Shown: positions 18,584 through 29,266 of the stretch, piece after piece
Layout: the number at the start of each line of letters is the position of its first letter
Numbering within the stretch: the stretch's first letter is position 1
NCBI GenBank assembly: GCA_021513695.1
Contig: CP084166.1
Coordinates: 640,001 to 704,000, forward strand
DNA length: 64,000 nucleotides
Reading direction: 5' to 3'
Origin: Candidatus Heimdallarchaeum aukensis
Lineage (GTDB): Archaea; Asgardarchaeota; Heimdallarchaeia; Heimdallarchaeales; Heimdallarchaeaceae
Notes under the pieces: generated by a model
The model's database searches: none
Told to the model about the DNA's origin: nothing
Seen by the model: the letters and a program-made list of their open reading frames with translations, nothing else
Made by a program: the position numbers and the translations under genes

Positions 18584-20170
18584 TTAAATTTTAGGCTCTA
18601 ATATTTCTCCTTTCGGATATTTTATGATATAGGAAATATTGATCTTTTCTTCTTTTCCTGGTTCAATAGATATTTTCCACTCCAACACTCCTTGATTCTG
18701 CTTTCTAGGTTCTGGAGAGATTTCCTTAGTGATTACCTCAATATTTGGATCTTGGGGATATGGAATTCGCTCTATTACTTTTAGTTCAGCTTTTTCTTCA
18801 ATTTGATTCTTAATTTTTATTTGATAGTGGAAGTCTATTTGTTCTTTTCCTTTAGTAATTCCTGCTTTTGCTACTTCTCGTTTGAGCAACTTTCTTTCTA
18901 TCTTCAAATCATAGCTTTCAATTAAACCAACAGTAAATTCATCTTTAGGATGGATTAAATCCAAGTGACTCTGACTAATAAATTCTCCATCAATGAAAAC
19001 TTTAGCATCTCCTTCCAATAAAAATTGATCTTCATTCTTTAATTTGTGAGTTAGAATAAGCTTTTCATCGAGAGAGCTCCAATAATACTGCTTTTCTACT
19101 TTTACTTTAAAGCTATCCAAGTACAAAGTTTTAGGTGTTTTTCCTGAAGGAATGTCATGCTTTCCACTAAGTTCAAACCTTTGGTGTCCTACTACACTTG
19201 TACTCTTAGCAGTTTCAACATAAAGATCGTCTAATTCTGCTTCAGGTACAGGAGCTGGAGCTGGCTTCATCAATTCTTTTTCAGCAATAGCCATAGCTTT
19301 AGGTCTCATAGCTCTTTTAACGCCATAATCTTGTTTCTTTACTCTAGATGCACTTACAGGATATACAGGTTCATATAAATAGAGGTATAAAGGATCAACT
19401 TCTTCAATTGAGATGGGTTTCCGATTAGCAGTAGAAATTGTAACTTTGGTCTTATCCCAATCAATTCTAGTCCTATTATAGACTTTAGCTAATCGTTGTA
19501 TTAGTGCTTCACCTTTAGTTAGTTCAATCATGTAAACAGGAGTCCATGAAGCTTGAGACACAGTATAGCTTAATTCTAATTCTATTTCACAATCTTCTTG
19601 AGCATCTAAAATAATATTTATCTCGTAAAACTCATTTTCAAGATATTGCATCTGATTCTTTTTTTCTTTTAGAGAATTAAGCAACTTATTTAATTCTATA
19701 ATTTCGTGCTCTAATTGAATTTTTTTAGCATTCTCAGCCTCTATTTGACTTTGATAGAAAGAATAATACTCTCGAAAATCATCAACAGTTTTATTCTTAA
19801 TCATTCCATAGCGACCAAATCCTTCTGCAATACTCTTAATGGTAGTTGTAAGGGCGTTAATTGAAACCTTCAAAGATTCTAACCTTAAGTTCCTCTGTTC
19901 GATTTCTTTTTCTGTCTTCAAGATTTCTTTCTCAATTTCAATTAAATTTTCTTCATCTCTATAGATGTGCTGGAGAACAGGAGAAATATCAACAAGTTTA
20001 ACTTTACCAGTCCCTCTAACTTTTATAGAATCCTCATCTAAAAACTCAGATAATTCAGTAACAGTTAAAGTTTGCTCGCCTTTTACTAATTTAACCTTTT
20101 TCTGTCTTGTAATTAAAGCTCCATCAGTTAAAACAGTTACTTCTTTGATTGGAAGAGTTATTTTCTTCAT
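18584..20170 (-). CDS. Conserved hypothetical protein of the DUF4140/DUF4139 family (central coiled coil)
   Basis: The N-terminus (LPIKEVTVLTDGALITRQKKVKL..GEQTLTV..LSEFLDEDSIKVRG) resembles DUF4140. It also has a long central coiled coil and a beta-rich C-terminus. Confidence 0.55.
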   Translation of the reverse strand: MKKITLPIKEVTVLTDGALITRQKKVKLVKGEQTLTVTELSEFLDEDSIKVRGTGKVKLVDISPVLQHIYRDEENLIEIEKEILKTEKEIEQRNLRLESLKVSINALTTTIKSIAEGFGRYGMIKNKTVDDFREYYSFYQSQIEAENAKKIQLEHEIIELNKLLNSLKEKKNQMQYLENEFYEINIILDAQEDCEIELELSYTVSQASWTPVYMIELTKGEALIQRLAKVYNRTRIDWDKTKVTISTANRKPISIEEVDPLYLYLYEPVYPVSASRVKKQDYGVKRAMRPKAMAIAEKELMKPAPAPVPEAELDDLYVETAKSTSVVGHQRFELSGKHDIPSGKTPKTLYLDSFKVKVEKQYYWSSLDEKLILTHKLKNEDQFLLEGDAKVFIDGEFISQSHLDLIHPKDEFTVGLIESYDLKIERKLLKREVAKAGITKGKEQIDFHYQIKIKNQIEEKAELKVIERIPYPQDPNIEVITKEISPEPRKQNQGVLEWKISIEPGKEEKINISYIIKYPKGEILEPKI

Positions 20171-20246
20171 AAATTAAACTTTAATTCAAAGTAAATAAAA
20201 GTATTGTAGAGAGAAAGAAAAAATCAATTAATTCTTTCTTTAATTC

Positions 20247-21026
20247 CTATTCTTCTGTTGTTGAAAGACCACCTAAGAAAGTAGAAATAAACTGAATAAA
20301 TCTTTCTTCTTCAGGAACACCCTCTTCATCCATCTCTTTCAAGAACTCTTTTTGTAGTTCTGTAACTTTCCTGTAAAAGTCTCTAACTGTTTCTGCTAAT
20401 TTTATTACATGTGCAAATTTAGATAGTTTAATTGTTCTAACAATCAAAGATGTCTCTGAACGTGGATATTTGAAATGCTCTTTCAAGTAATCCAACCCTT
20501 TTTTCTCTAGAGTTTCTTTTACTTTGAATTCAATATCAATTAGTTCATTTGCTATAGATGTCTCAATATTATGAATAAAAGAAAGATATTGCTTAAACGA
20601 TTGTGAAAATGATTTTTCTCCTTCACTTTTTAACAACTTTTCCAATATTTCTTTTTCTATTTCTCTTTCAGATAATTCTTTGTATTTTTTCAATTTCTTG
20701 TCAAAATCACTTTCTTCTTTTACATAATCTTCAATATTCTTTCGATATAAAGAAGCAATGTTTTCTTCTAATCTGTAAAATTTGCCCCATGATGAAGCAG
20801 TTTTTTCAGCATCTACTTCAACCATATTATCATCAAGTAACTGTTTTAAATACCTTAATGTAGTCGTTTCAGGTTTTCCTATCAAAGTGCTTAACTTCTT
20901 TAGATTCAAAGATCCATACCAACTTAAAGCTGTAATTATCGCAAATTTGTTTGGATCATCGACCCACAATTTTTCGTATTTTTCTTCAATTTCCTTGATT
21001 TTTTCTTCTTCAGCCATTCTTTTCAA
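20247..21026 (-). CDS. Hypothetical protein with an N-terminal winged-helix-like segment and a coiled-coil region
   Basis: FAIITALSWYGSLNLKKLSTLIGKPETTTLRYLKQLLDDNMVEV looks like a winged HTH. The rest is helical and charged. Confidence 0.5.
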   Translation of the reverse strand: MKRMAEEEKIKEIEEKYEKLWVDDPNKFAIITALSWYGSLNLKKLSTLIGKPETTTLRYLKQLLDDNMVEVDAEKTASSWGKFYRLEENIASLYRKNIEDYVKEESDFDKKLKKYKELSEREIEKEILEKLLKSEGEKSFSQSFKQYLSFIHNIETSIANELIDIEFKVKETLEKKGLDYLKEHFKYPRSETSLIVRTIKLSKFAHVIKLAETVRDFYRKVTELQKEFLKEMDEEGVPEEERFIQFISTFLGGLSTTEE

Positions 21027-21297
21027 TTAAATGTTTGTTCAAACATATATAATTTTTTCCATTGTGAAATTATTTCCATTATAACAATATATTTATATAC
21101 CAGTTTGGCATAATTATCACAACAGAAAAAATTCCAATTTGGAATTAATTCATAGGTGGTGAGAAAAAAATGAAAGAAAGAAGGAAAAGAGAAAACAGAA
21201 TTAGAGAGACAAATAACACAATATGGACATTTAATGGTCACTTTTGTTCAGTAAGTTCTTCAAGAGTGAACAATCAAAGAATAAATAGGGATCAACG

Positions 21298-22710
21298 ATG
21301 AGTCTAGAGGAAGAAAATATAACTAAAAAACCTAGAGCAATATCATTGCTGAAAAGTTGGGACTTTTCAGCTCTCTTTTTTGGTGGCTTTATAAATAATG
21401 TTGGGTCATATTTTACTTTCATTGGAATAGTCTTCTTTGCATTGGAATTAACAAAAGATCTTCCAAAAGAAGTAGCTACACAGGAAGTAGCACTCATATC
21501 TACTTTTACCTTGATTCCGATGCTTTTACTTGGCCCTATTGGCGGAGCAATAGCTGACAGAATTGATAGAAAGAAAATATTGTATTTAGCTGATTTACTT
21601 GGAGGATTGGCAGCATTTAGTCTATTTTTTTCAAATAAGATATGGCATCTCTATATCTTTAGTATAGTTAATGCTGCAGTAAGGCAATTTTTCTACCCTG
21701 CTAAACAAGCTTCATTGCCAAAAATCGTGAAACGAGAACAATTACTGAGTGCAAATGGCTTTATACAGTCTACTCAACAATTATCGAGAATTATAGGGCC
21801 ATTAGCTGCAGGATTTACAGTAGCTGCTTTTGGGCTAAAGATCGCCTTCCTTGTTGATGGAGTTTCTTATCTGATTTCAAGTATAATGATTATGACAATC
21901 CGTACTGACTTAAGACCTAAAAAGAATGGAGAAAGTATTACTATCAGCAACGTTTTCACTGACCTTAAAGACGGTTTTAAAATGGTAATAACCGACAATA
22001 TTCTTCGATTTATAATAATAATATTCTTCTTCACAATACTAGCAATTGGGTTCTTGGATCCATTATTTGTTCCTTATATTGACTTTGAATTTGGATTGGG
22101 TGAAAGAGACTTTGGTATATTAATGAGTTTTTCAGCAGTAAGTGGAATAATATCAGCTTTGCTTATTTCAGCCAAAAAACAGATGAAACGAAAGATTATG
22201 TTTATGCTTGTTACAATCGTGATACTTGGAACAATGACGACAATTATTGGTATAGCACCTTATATACCTGGAAGCATAATATGGCTATTTGCAGGATTTT
22301 CATTAATTGGGATGATTAATGTAGGTTTCAATGTTCCTTTCAGCACTTTACTTCAAAAAATCGTAAGAAATGAACATTTAGGAAAAATAAGCGGAATCAT
22401 CGACACTGTACTAACTATTGCATCACTACTAGCGAGTGTTTTTGCAGTCATTCTAGCTAGATATATTTCGATAAGTACAATATTTATGATTGTTTCTGCA
22501 GTAATAATCGCTGCAGGAATTCTAGGATTGTTCCTTAATAAGGTAAATCAATATGACAAAATTGCAATGAAGAGAGAAAAACAGATGACTGAAGAATTAG
22601 CTAAAGAAGAAAGAGAAATTTCAGATAGTCAAATAACCAATAAGATAGAAGAAGGTTATTCAGATAATGTTAATCCTTATCCAATAACAGAGCCAGCTCA
22701 TTATGATTGA
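21298..22710 (+). CDS. MFS transporter with an acidic C-terminal tail
   Basis: Twelve transmembrane helices. Motif GPIGGAIADRIDRKK (MFS loop 2-3 signature, D-R-x-G-R-[KR]-like). Confidence 0.8.
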   Translation: MSLEEENITKKPRAISLLKSWDFSALFFGGFINNVGSYFTFIGIVFFALELTKDLPKEVATQEVALISTFTLIPMLLLGPIGGAIADRIDRKKILYLADLLGGLAAFSLFFSNKIWHLYIFSIVNAAVRQFFYPAKQASLPKIVKREQLLSANGFIQSTQQLSRIIGPLAAGFTVAAFGLKIAFLVDGVSYLISSIMIMTIRTDLRPKKNGESITISNVFTDLKDGFKMVITDNILRFIIIIFFFTILAIGFLDPLFVPYIDFEFGLGERDFGILMSFSAVSGIISALLISAKKQMKRKIMFMLVTIVILGTMTTIIGIAPYIPGSIIWLFAGFSLIGMINVGFNVPFSTLLQKIVRNEHLGKISGIIDTVLTIASLLASVFAVILARYISISTIFMIVSAVIIAAGILGLFLNKVNQYDKIAMKREKQMTEELAKEEREISDSQITNKIEEGYSDNVNPYPITEPAHYD

Positions 22711-22749
22711 GAATTCTTCATTAAATTTTTTACCCTTTTTTTGCTCTTT

Positions 22750-23980
22750 ATATAGTACTTCCGCAATAACTTAGACTCTCTCACCTCCATACAAACTTGA
22801 ACGTAAACACCTCAAGGTGAAATAGAGAGTAACAGGTCTTGAGCGTTTCAAGAGCGGTTTGTCAGACGGGGGAGTGAAAAAAGGAGGGATAACAGAAGAG
22901 CGAAAACAGACATATAAAGCGAGGACGAGAAGAGAAAAACAAAGATACAAGAACCTGACGGTGGCATTATTCGTAGTTGTAGAAACACTAATACTCTTGA
23001 GAAGACGGTAGGACGTCTCTATACCCCACCGATGACAATAATCGTAGATCTGTTGCTCTGAAGAGATATGCCAACTGATACAAACAAACCAGTCTTTCCG
23101 CTTTGGGAGCCAATAAGCATGCAACATAACTTCTGTAGTTAGTTTCACCTTGTCCACTTTTCATAGTGTAAGGAACAGAAGTTATTTTACCTGTTTTAGG
23201 AAAGGTTTCCAGGTATGACCTAATCTTCTTATTTTTCCGTGCCCCAATGACGAAAGGAATAGTGTATTCTTGTAGTAGTTTCACTACTTCAACAGAATAA
23301 AAACCTCTATCTGCATACAACACCTTTATGCTCCTGTTTTTAAGACTAAACTTGTTGAAGAGCGATTCTAATAGTCCCTCTTTAGAATCAAAAGTTGACA
23401 CGGTAAATGCACCTAAAGGAAGAGCACCATAAGATGATTTAACTGTTGACACCGTGATATATCGATAAAATCATTCATTTTTATACTGGTGAATATACTC
23501 ATCTCTTCTTTTCCCATAATATCGTATGTCCATCGTGTCTACTGCTAGTATTAATGGACTCTTTATTTTCTTCTTTCTTTTCAATAGTTCCCCACACTGC
23601 TGAAATGAAGAGATGAAAACCTCTGATATGCCGTTTATATCCAATTTGTTCAAGTGATAACGTATTGTATCTCCGTCTTTAGTCGAAAATTGTTCAGCTG
23701 ACTGCTCGATAGATGTTTGTTCCACCACTGCTCCCAAGACGGTCTTCTTAACCTCTTCTTTTGTTTCCCCTCTTTTCCTCTGTCCTTTGTGTGGAAAATC
23801 CATCTTTCTTATCCAGTGACAAACTTTTATACTTGTTTTCCTATCTTCTCTTGTGGGTTGAAAGCGTTTTTCTAAAAAACTTTTGACCGATTTTAATAAG
23901 CTGAAGTTAGAATTGTTCATATTATTATTGTCGGGCTTTCAACCCATAACTTTTACGATAATTCGGAAGTACTATTATAT
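22750..23980 (-). mobile_element. Degenerate IS4/ISH3-like insertion sequence of about 1.23 kb with GC content well above its surroundings and 11-bp perfect terminal inverted repeats
   Basis: Inverted repeat tagtacttccg at 22753..22763, matched by cggaagtacta at 23964..23974. The internal DDE transposase is broken into three frames. Local GC is about 42%, compared with about 30% in the flanks. Confidence 0.7.
22771..23920 (-). pseudogene. DDE transposase (IS4/IS5-superfamily) with two frameshifts
   Basis: Three overlapping minus-strand ORFs at 23471..23920, 22988..23452 and 22771..23157. They contain LILAVDTMD (first D), YADRGFYS (second D), and the WGIETSYRLLK signature (E...YxxR...K). Confidence 0.7.
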
Positions 23981-24019
23981 AAAAAAAATTTAAATATTAA
24001 ATATTTAAAATATTGTAGA

Positions 24020-25513
24020 TTGCTTTCGCCATATACTAAAGAATTCCTGAAACAGTTTAGAGATTCTCCAAAAAAAACTATTAACAAATTAAAGTCTAAA
24101 TTATCAAAAACAGAAAATGCAATAGATAAAATAAATATTCTCTTAACTTTATCCTTTTTTTGTATATCACAGGGTAATTTTCTCGAATCTTTAGAATATG
24201 CTAAAAAAGCTTTAGATCTCTCAAGGAAAGAGAAGGATGTATTTTTAGAAATACAATCTTTTTTGTTAATTGCAGAAGCTTATTTCTTCCTTGGTAAGCT
24301 AGATATAGCTTCTCAAAATATTGAATTAATTGAAATCTTACTGCATGAAGATGCCTTTAAAGACGAGAAAAACCTTTATACTGAACTTCTTGCTCATTTA
24401 TGTAAAATTAAGGGGAACATTTCTTTTAGCAAGAGAGAATATAGTAATGCACTTGATTTGTATAAAAAATGTAGTAAATTGTACAAAAAAATAGATAATA
24501 AAGAAGCTGAAGCAAAAATACTTTCTAATCTAGGTGTAGTAAACCAAAATATAGGGAAATATGATCAAGCAATCAGCTATCTTAACCAAGCAAAAGAAAT
24601 TTATGAAGAAGTTGATGATCATAGAGGAATTGGAATCTGTTTAAACAACATTGCAGAAGTTTATAGAATTCAACATAAATATAAAAAAGCTATTGAATAC
24701 TATAAACAATCTTTAGAAATTGGTACAAATAGAAATAGCAATTTTATTAGTTTTCTTGCTTATTTTAACCTAGGTTTAACTTACATGACTATACAAGATT
24801 ACAATAAAGCAAAAATGTATTTTGAAAATAGTGTGAAATTGTGTAATGAAATAGGAAATACTAGTTATCTAGCAATGTCATATTTTTATTTAGGAAGAAT
24901 AATGGTTAATCTATTAGATTCAAAAAATGTATCTAACTTCATTTTAGAATTAGAGGAACAAGTGTCTATCCACAATTCATCTGAACTAAAATATGTTCAT
25001 AAGATTTTACTAGCTTTACTCAAATTAAATTCTGGAAAGAGGATAGAAAGATGTAAAGCAATAAAAATATTTGATGACTTACTCAATACTGAAACAAATA
25101 TCCAAGAATTCTATTTCTACACAGGAATACAACTTTGTAATTTTTTCTTTGATGAATTATATGCTTTTGAAAAAGAAGAAATATTGGATGAGTTAAACAG
25201 TTTCTTCAATCAAATTTTAGAAAAAATTAATGAACATGAGGATTTCATTCTGGGATTACAAATTGTCCTATTATACATCCATTTTCTAGCTTTGGTAGAT
25301 GAGAGAACAACGATGAATAATTATTACAATAGGACAAGAAAGATGCTTAATAATAAGAATTTAACAAATTTCGAGAAAATAATGGAAGAATATTGGAAAA
25401 TTATTCAAGAAGCAATTGAAGATATAAATTGGAGAGATTACACAATTAAAGAGAGAATGGAATTACTTGGTATTAAAGAACTATTAGAAAACATAATAGA
25501 AAGATTTGTTTAG
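24020..25513 (+). CDS. TPR-repeat protein
   Basis: Multiple 34-aa TPR units (for example GIGICLNNIAEVYRIQHKYKKAIEYYKQSLEI). The only possible in-frame start near the 5' end is the TTG at 24020, and the frame stays open back into the IS right end. Confidence 0.7.
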   Translation: MLSPYTKEFLKQFRDSPKKTINKLKSKLSKTENAIDKINILLTLSFFCISQGNFLESLEYAKKALDLSRKEKDVFLEIQSFLLIAEAYFFLGKLDIASQNIELIEILLHEDAFKDEKNLYTELLAHLCKIKGNISFSKREYSNALDLYKKCSKLYKKIDNKEAEAKILSNLGVVNQNIGKYDQAISYLNQAKEIYEEVDDHRGIGICLNNIAEVYRIQHKYKKAIEYYKQSLEIGTNRNSNFISFLAYFNLGLTYMTIQDYNKAKMYFENSVKLCNEIGNTSYLAMSYFYLGRIMVNLLDSKNVSNFILELEEQVSIHNSSELKYVHKILLALLKLNSGKRIERCKAIKIFDDLLNTETNIQEFYFYTGIQLCNFFFDELYAFEKEEILDELNSFFNQILEKINEHEDFILGLQIVLLYIHFLALVDERTTMNNYYNRTRKMLNNKNLTNFEKIMEEYWKIIQEAIEDINWRDYTIKERMELLGIKELLENIIERFV

Positions 25514-25564
25514 CTTATCTACTATTTTTTGGCAAATATATTAATGAAAAAGAATTTATCTTTA

Positions 25565-26395
25565 TTATTTGAGTTTTTTGCTCAATAGCCAGTAATTATT
25601 CAGTAATTGAATCAGTTCTTCATAAACTTCCTGCATTTCTTTATTAGCTCCAATAATAGGTAATTCAATATTTAGTTGATGCTTATCTGAAAAATAGTTA
25701 AAGTATAAATCGTCAAATATTGAAATATCCATTCTAAAATACTCAAAATCTATTAAAGAAACTTGATTTCCATTCACAATTATATTCAAAGGCACTAAGT
25801 CCCCGTGTATATAACTAACTTTCAATCCTTCAATCTGTAAATTCTCATATAAATTCTTCAATTTATTTTCTAATTTTGGAATTTTTGCAGACATATACTC
25901 AGGAACATTTAGATTCATTTTTTCATAATTATCAAAAACTCTAAAATAAAAGGATTGTAACTTTGAAAATTGTTTTTTAGCTTTCTTAATTTTTTTGTTA
26001 GTATAACCATGAATAAAATCAATAGTCTTTCGAAGTTCTTCTTCTATGTTCTTTCTTTCTTCATTTGTTAGGTTTGTTATTTCCTTTCCTATAATGTAAT
26101 TATAACAAAGAATTTTAGAATTATCAGTCCAAATTAATTTTGGAGCAATTTTTCCTCCAAAGAGCTCTAAAGCTCTTTTTTCGTTTTGAAGTCTTTTTTC
26201 AGCAGGAATAGCTTGATCTTTTTCATAAATCTTACAAACTGCAATGGGAGAATTATCTTTTGATTCTATCAAAAACTTTGTATTAGATAGACCTTTTTCC
26301 ATTTTCTGCCATTTTAGCTTTACTGAAGAACTGAGATGAAAATAATTTCTGATTCTTTTATTTATTTTTTCTATTTGTTTTTCTGATAAAATCAT
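25565..26395 (-). CDS. APH/choline-kinase-family small-molecule kinase (ThiK-like)
   Basis: Brenner motif IHGDLVPLNIIV and the SLIDFEYF (DFG-equivalent) motif. Its ATG overlaps the stop codon of the upstream ABC ATPase gene (ATGA). Confidence 0.7.
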   Translation of the reverse strand: MILSEKQIEKINKRIRNYFHLSSSVKLKWQKMEKGLSNTKFLIESKDNSPIAVCKIYEKDQAIPAEKRLQNEKRALELFGGKIAPKLIWTDNSKILCYNYIIGKEITNLTNEERKNIEEELRKTIDFIHGYTNKKIKKAKKQFSKLQSFYFRVFDNYEKMNLNVPEYMSAKIPKLENKLKNLYENLQIEGLKVSYIHGDLVPLNIIVNGNQVSLIDFEYFRMDISIFDDLYFNYFSDKHQLNIELPIIGANKEMQEVYEELIQLLNNYWLLSKKLK

Positions 26396-27489
26396 AGCAA
26401 AACCACTTTTTCTGAAGCAATTTCAAGGGTTACATTTTGATTCGTTTTTAGATAGTTAACAAGTTCTTTATTTTCTGTGTCTACTTTTAGATATTCTATA
26501 TTTTCTCCTTGTATTTCAACCACTATTCTAAAAAGACTTTTTCCTATTTCAATTACTGATTTTATTATTCCTTTCTTAATTACACTTTCTTTTTCTTCAC
26601 TTAACTTCTTTTCTATTGTTGATATTTTAATTTCAGTGGGAGGAATTTTTATTCCAGTAATCTTTTTCCTTCTCTGCGTATCTGATAACGGTATTTTCAT
26701 TTGCCCAATTGTTGTATCTACTATAACAAAATTATCATTCTCTTTATTAATAGAATAGAATGAAACAGGAAATACGTTTAGACTCCCCATTATTTTTGCA
26801 GTGAGATAATTTAATGGCTTTCTATCTACTTCTATTATTTTTCCTATTTGTTGTACTTTTCCATCATACATTATCGCTACTCTATCTCCAATTAATCTTG
26901 CTTCTTCTTGGTTATGGGTAACATACAGTGTAGTAGTTTCTGTTTCTTTCTGGATTCTTCTAATTGTTAAAGCAAGAGCTTCTCTTCCTGAAGCATCGAT
27001 ACTCGAGAGGGGTTCATCTAAAAGAAGTATTTTGGGGTTAGTTACCATGCTTCTTGCTAAAGCCACTCTTTGTTTCTGCCCTCCACTTATTTCATGGGGA
27101 TATCGATCTAGTAAATCTTTAATTTCTGTAAGGTTCACTATCCACTCTAATTTCTCTTTAATCTGTTCTCTAGGTAGCTTTTTTGCTTTTAAACCAAAAA
27201 TAACATTATCTTTTACTTTCATATGAGGAAAGAGTATTTGTCCTTGAGGAACATAACCGATATTTCTTTTCTGAGGTGAAAGGTTTGAAATATCAACACC
27301 ATCAACAAAAATGCGCCCTGTTTCATGTTCTAAGATTCCAGCTATAACTTTCAACAATGATGTTTTTCCACAGCCAGATTCACCTAAAATGACTACTAAT
27401 TCTCCTGATTCTACTTCGAGACATAGATTGTCCAATATGTATTTTCTCTGATATCGCATTGAAAGATCTTTGATTTCTAACTTTGTCAT
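26392..27489 (-). CDS. ABC importer ATP-binding protein with a C-terminal TOBE-like domain (FbpC/PotA-like)
   Basis: Walker A GESGCGKTS, signature ISGGQKQRVALAR, Walker B LLLDEPLSSID, and a C-terminal extension of about 120 aa. Confidence 0.9.
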   Translation of the reverse strand: MTKLEIKDLSMRYQRKYILDNLCLEVESGELVVILGESGCGKTSLLKVIAGILEHETGRIFVDGVDISNLSPQKRNIGYVPQGQILFPHMKVKDNVIFGLKAKKLPREQIKEKLEWIVNLTEIKDLLDRYPHEISGGQKQRVALARSMVTNPKILLLDEPLSSIDASGREALALTIRRIQKETETTTLYVTHNQEEARLIGDRVAIMYDGKVQQIGKIIEVDRKPLNYLTAKIMGSLNVFPVSFYSINKENDNFVIVDTTIGQMKIPLSDTQRRKKITGIKIPPTEIKISTIEKKLSEEKESVIKKGIIKSVIEIGKSLFRIVVEIQGENIEYLKVDTENKELVNYLKTNQNVTLEIASEKVVLL

Positions 27490-27495
27490 TTATTT

Positions 27496-29265
27496 CTACA
27501 CCTTCAACTCTATATCACCAAGTTTCTGAATTATGAGAAACGATAGCACAGTAAGAATTATCAATATAGTTGCCATTGTAGCAGGGAGTTGTATCGTCTG
27601 TGATATAATAAGCTTGTAAATTGCAATAGACAATGTACCAAAACTTCCACGAACTAAAAAGTTTGTTGCTCCAAATTCTCCTAAACTTATAGCAAAAGAG
27701 AATATTCCTCCAACAATTAAACTCTTCCCAATTAGAGGAAATTCAATTTTTTTGAAAATGAAGAATCTTGAAGCTCCTAAAGTAGAAGCAACGTTTAACA
27801 TTTCCACATCGATTCTATTATAAGCTGCAAGAATAGAACGAGTGGCAAAGGGTATGCTAATTAACACATGAGAGAGTATAATCAAAATCCATACATAGTT
27901 TAGATAAACTTCTGTTGTCCTATACTTCAAAAATAGCCCTAAAGCTAGTGTGATTGAAGAAGTGGCCATAGGTAAAATTATCAAGTAAGAAATGAAGTTT
28001 TCAACTATTGATTGTTTATAATTTCTCAATTTATTATATCGAATTCGCAGAATTAGAACTATCAATAACGAAAAGAATAGAGTTATTATTGTTGCTGAAA
28101 AAGAAAAGATAATCGTATTAATAAACATTCTAAATGGAGAATTTCCGAGAATGGCCATATATTCTGAAGAAAGAAGAGTAAGATATCCCCATAGAGGAGA
28201 AATACCTTTAGTGTATGGAATGAAAGATTCAATGATTACTGCGATCATTGGAGAAAAACTAAAAAGCATTACAAATAGTGTAATTAAACTCAAAAAAATA
28301 AAACTAATTTTTTCCTTTAAGGGGGTGTTTTTTAATTTAATAGGTTTAGGTTTTATTCCTTTTTCTTTTCCTCTAGCCATTTGTCTTGTTTTATTTTCAA
28401 AAAATAGGTAAATAATTATTATCAGGGTATTGATTAATAGTTGTATTATAGCTAGCGAAGAACCTTCTGTGAATTTTAGAGAATTCTTTATCAGTTTATA
28501 GATTCTTACTTCAAGAGTTTGGTATTTTACTTCTCCCAGATATAATACTATAGCAAAACTATTGAAACAATATATAAAAACTAGTAGAGCAGCAGAAACA
28601 ATAAAATTGATTAGTTGAGGAAAAACTATTTTTCTAAAGATTGTAAAGTTTTTTACACCTAAAGTCTTAGAAACTTCAACTTGTTCATAATCTAGGTTCA
28701 TCCAAGCAGGAATCATTAATCTAATTATTACTGATAAGTTATAGAAAACATGAGCTGCAATAATTCCTTCTACTGTTCCAAAAATTTTAAACAATGATCT
28801 ATCAGTCTGAAAGACTGTCTTCCATACACTATTCAACCAGCCGTTTTCTCCATAGGTTATTATAAAACCCAAAAGAACAACTATTGGTGGTAAAACAAAA
28901 GGAACTGTTAATAAGTTTATAACTAGATCTTTTCCTTTAAACTTATATTGTGCAAAAAAATAGCTCACTGGAAGTCCAAAAACTAAACAAATAATTGTTG
29001 AAATTAATGCTTGATTAAAACTAAAAGATAAAAATCTGATATTACTTGATTGAGTAACTGTGCTCCAAAAAACAGAAAAAACACTTTCGTCTCCTATTTC
29101 TCCATTTTTTTGAAAAGCATAAGAAAGAATTTTAAATAAAGGTAAATAAAAGAAAGAAAGAAGAAAAGAGAACAAAGCAATAAGAGCTAGTACCATGACC
29201 GCTCTTTCAACTTGTTTGTCAATATTTCTTTCCATTCTTCTTCTAAATGACAGTAAAATAATCAC
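27496..29265 (-). CDS. Fused double ABC permease (COG1178 FbpB/ThiP-like)
   Basis: A 589-aa protein with two tandem six-helix permease modules, each carrying an EAA-like loop. Confidence 0.8.
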   Translation of the reverse strand: MIILLSFRRRMERNIDKQVERAVMVLALIALFSFLLSFFYLPLFKILSYAFQKNGEIGDESVFSVFWSTVTQSSNIRFLSFSFNQALISTIICLVFGLPVSYFFAQYKFKGKDLVINLLTVPFVLPPIVVLLGFIITYGENGWLNSVWKTVFQTDRSLFKIFGTVEGIIAAHVFYNLSVIIRLMIPAWMNLDYEQVEVSKTLGVKNFTIFRKIVFPQLINFIVSAALLVFIYCFNSFAIVLYLGEVKYQTLEVRIYKLIKNSLKFTEGSSLAIIQLLINTLIIIIYLFFENKTRQMARGKEKGIKPKPIKLKNTPLKEKISFIFLSLITLFVMLFSFSPMIAVIIESFIPYTKGISPLWGYLTLLSSEYMAILGNSPFRMFINTIIFSFSATIITLFFSLLIVLILRIRYNKLRNYKQSIVENFISYLIILPMATSSITLALGLFLKYRTTEVYLNYVWILIILSHVLISIPFATRSILAAYNRIDVEMLNVASTLGASRFFIFKKIEFPLIGKSLIVGGIFSFAISLGEFGATNFLVRGSFGTLSIAIYKLIISQTIQLPATMATILIILTVLSFLIIQKLGDIELKV

Positions 29266-29266
29266 C

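Noticed and set aside
21023-21497. Minus-strand ORFs 21023..21241 and 21231..21497 in the gap before the MFS transporter
   Set aside because: They are short and Cys/Phe-rich and overlap the MFS gene start. The region is more likely a promoter or 5' UTR for the divergent flanking genes.
22771-23920. Programmed ribosomal frameshift in the IS4-like transposase
   Set aside because: Two separate frame changes are needed and there is no slippery heptamer. Decay is more likely.
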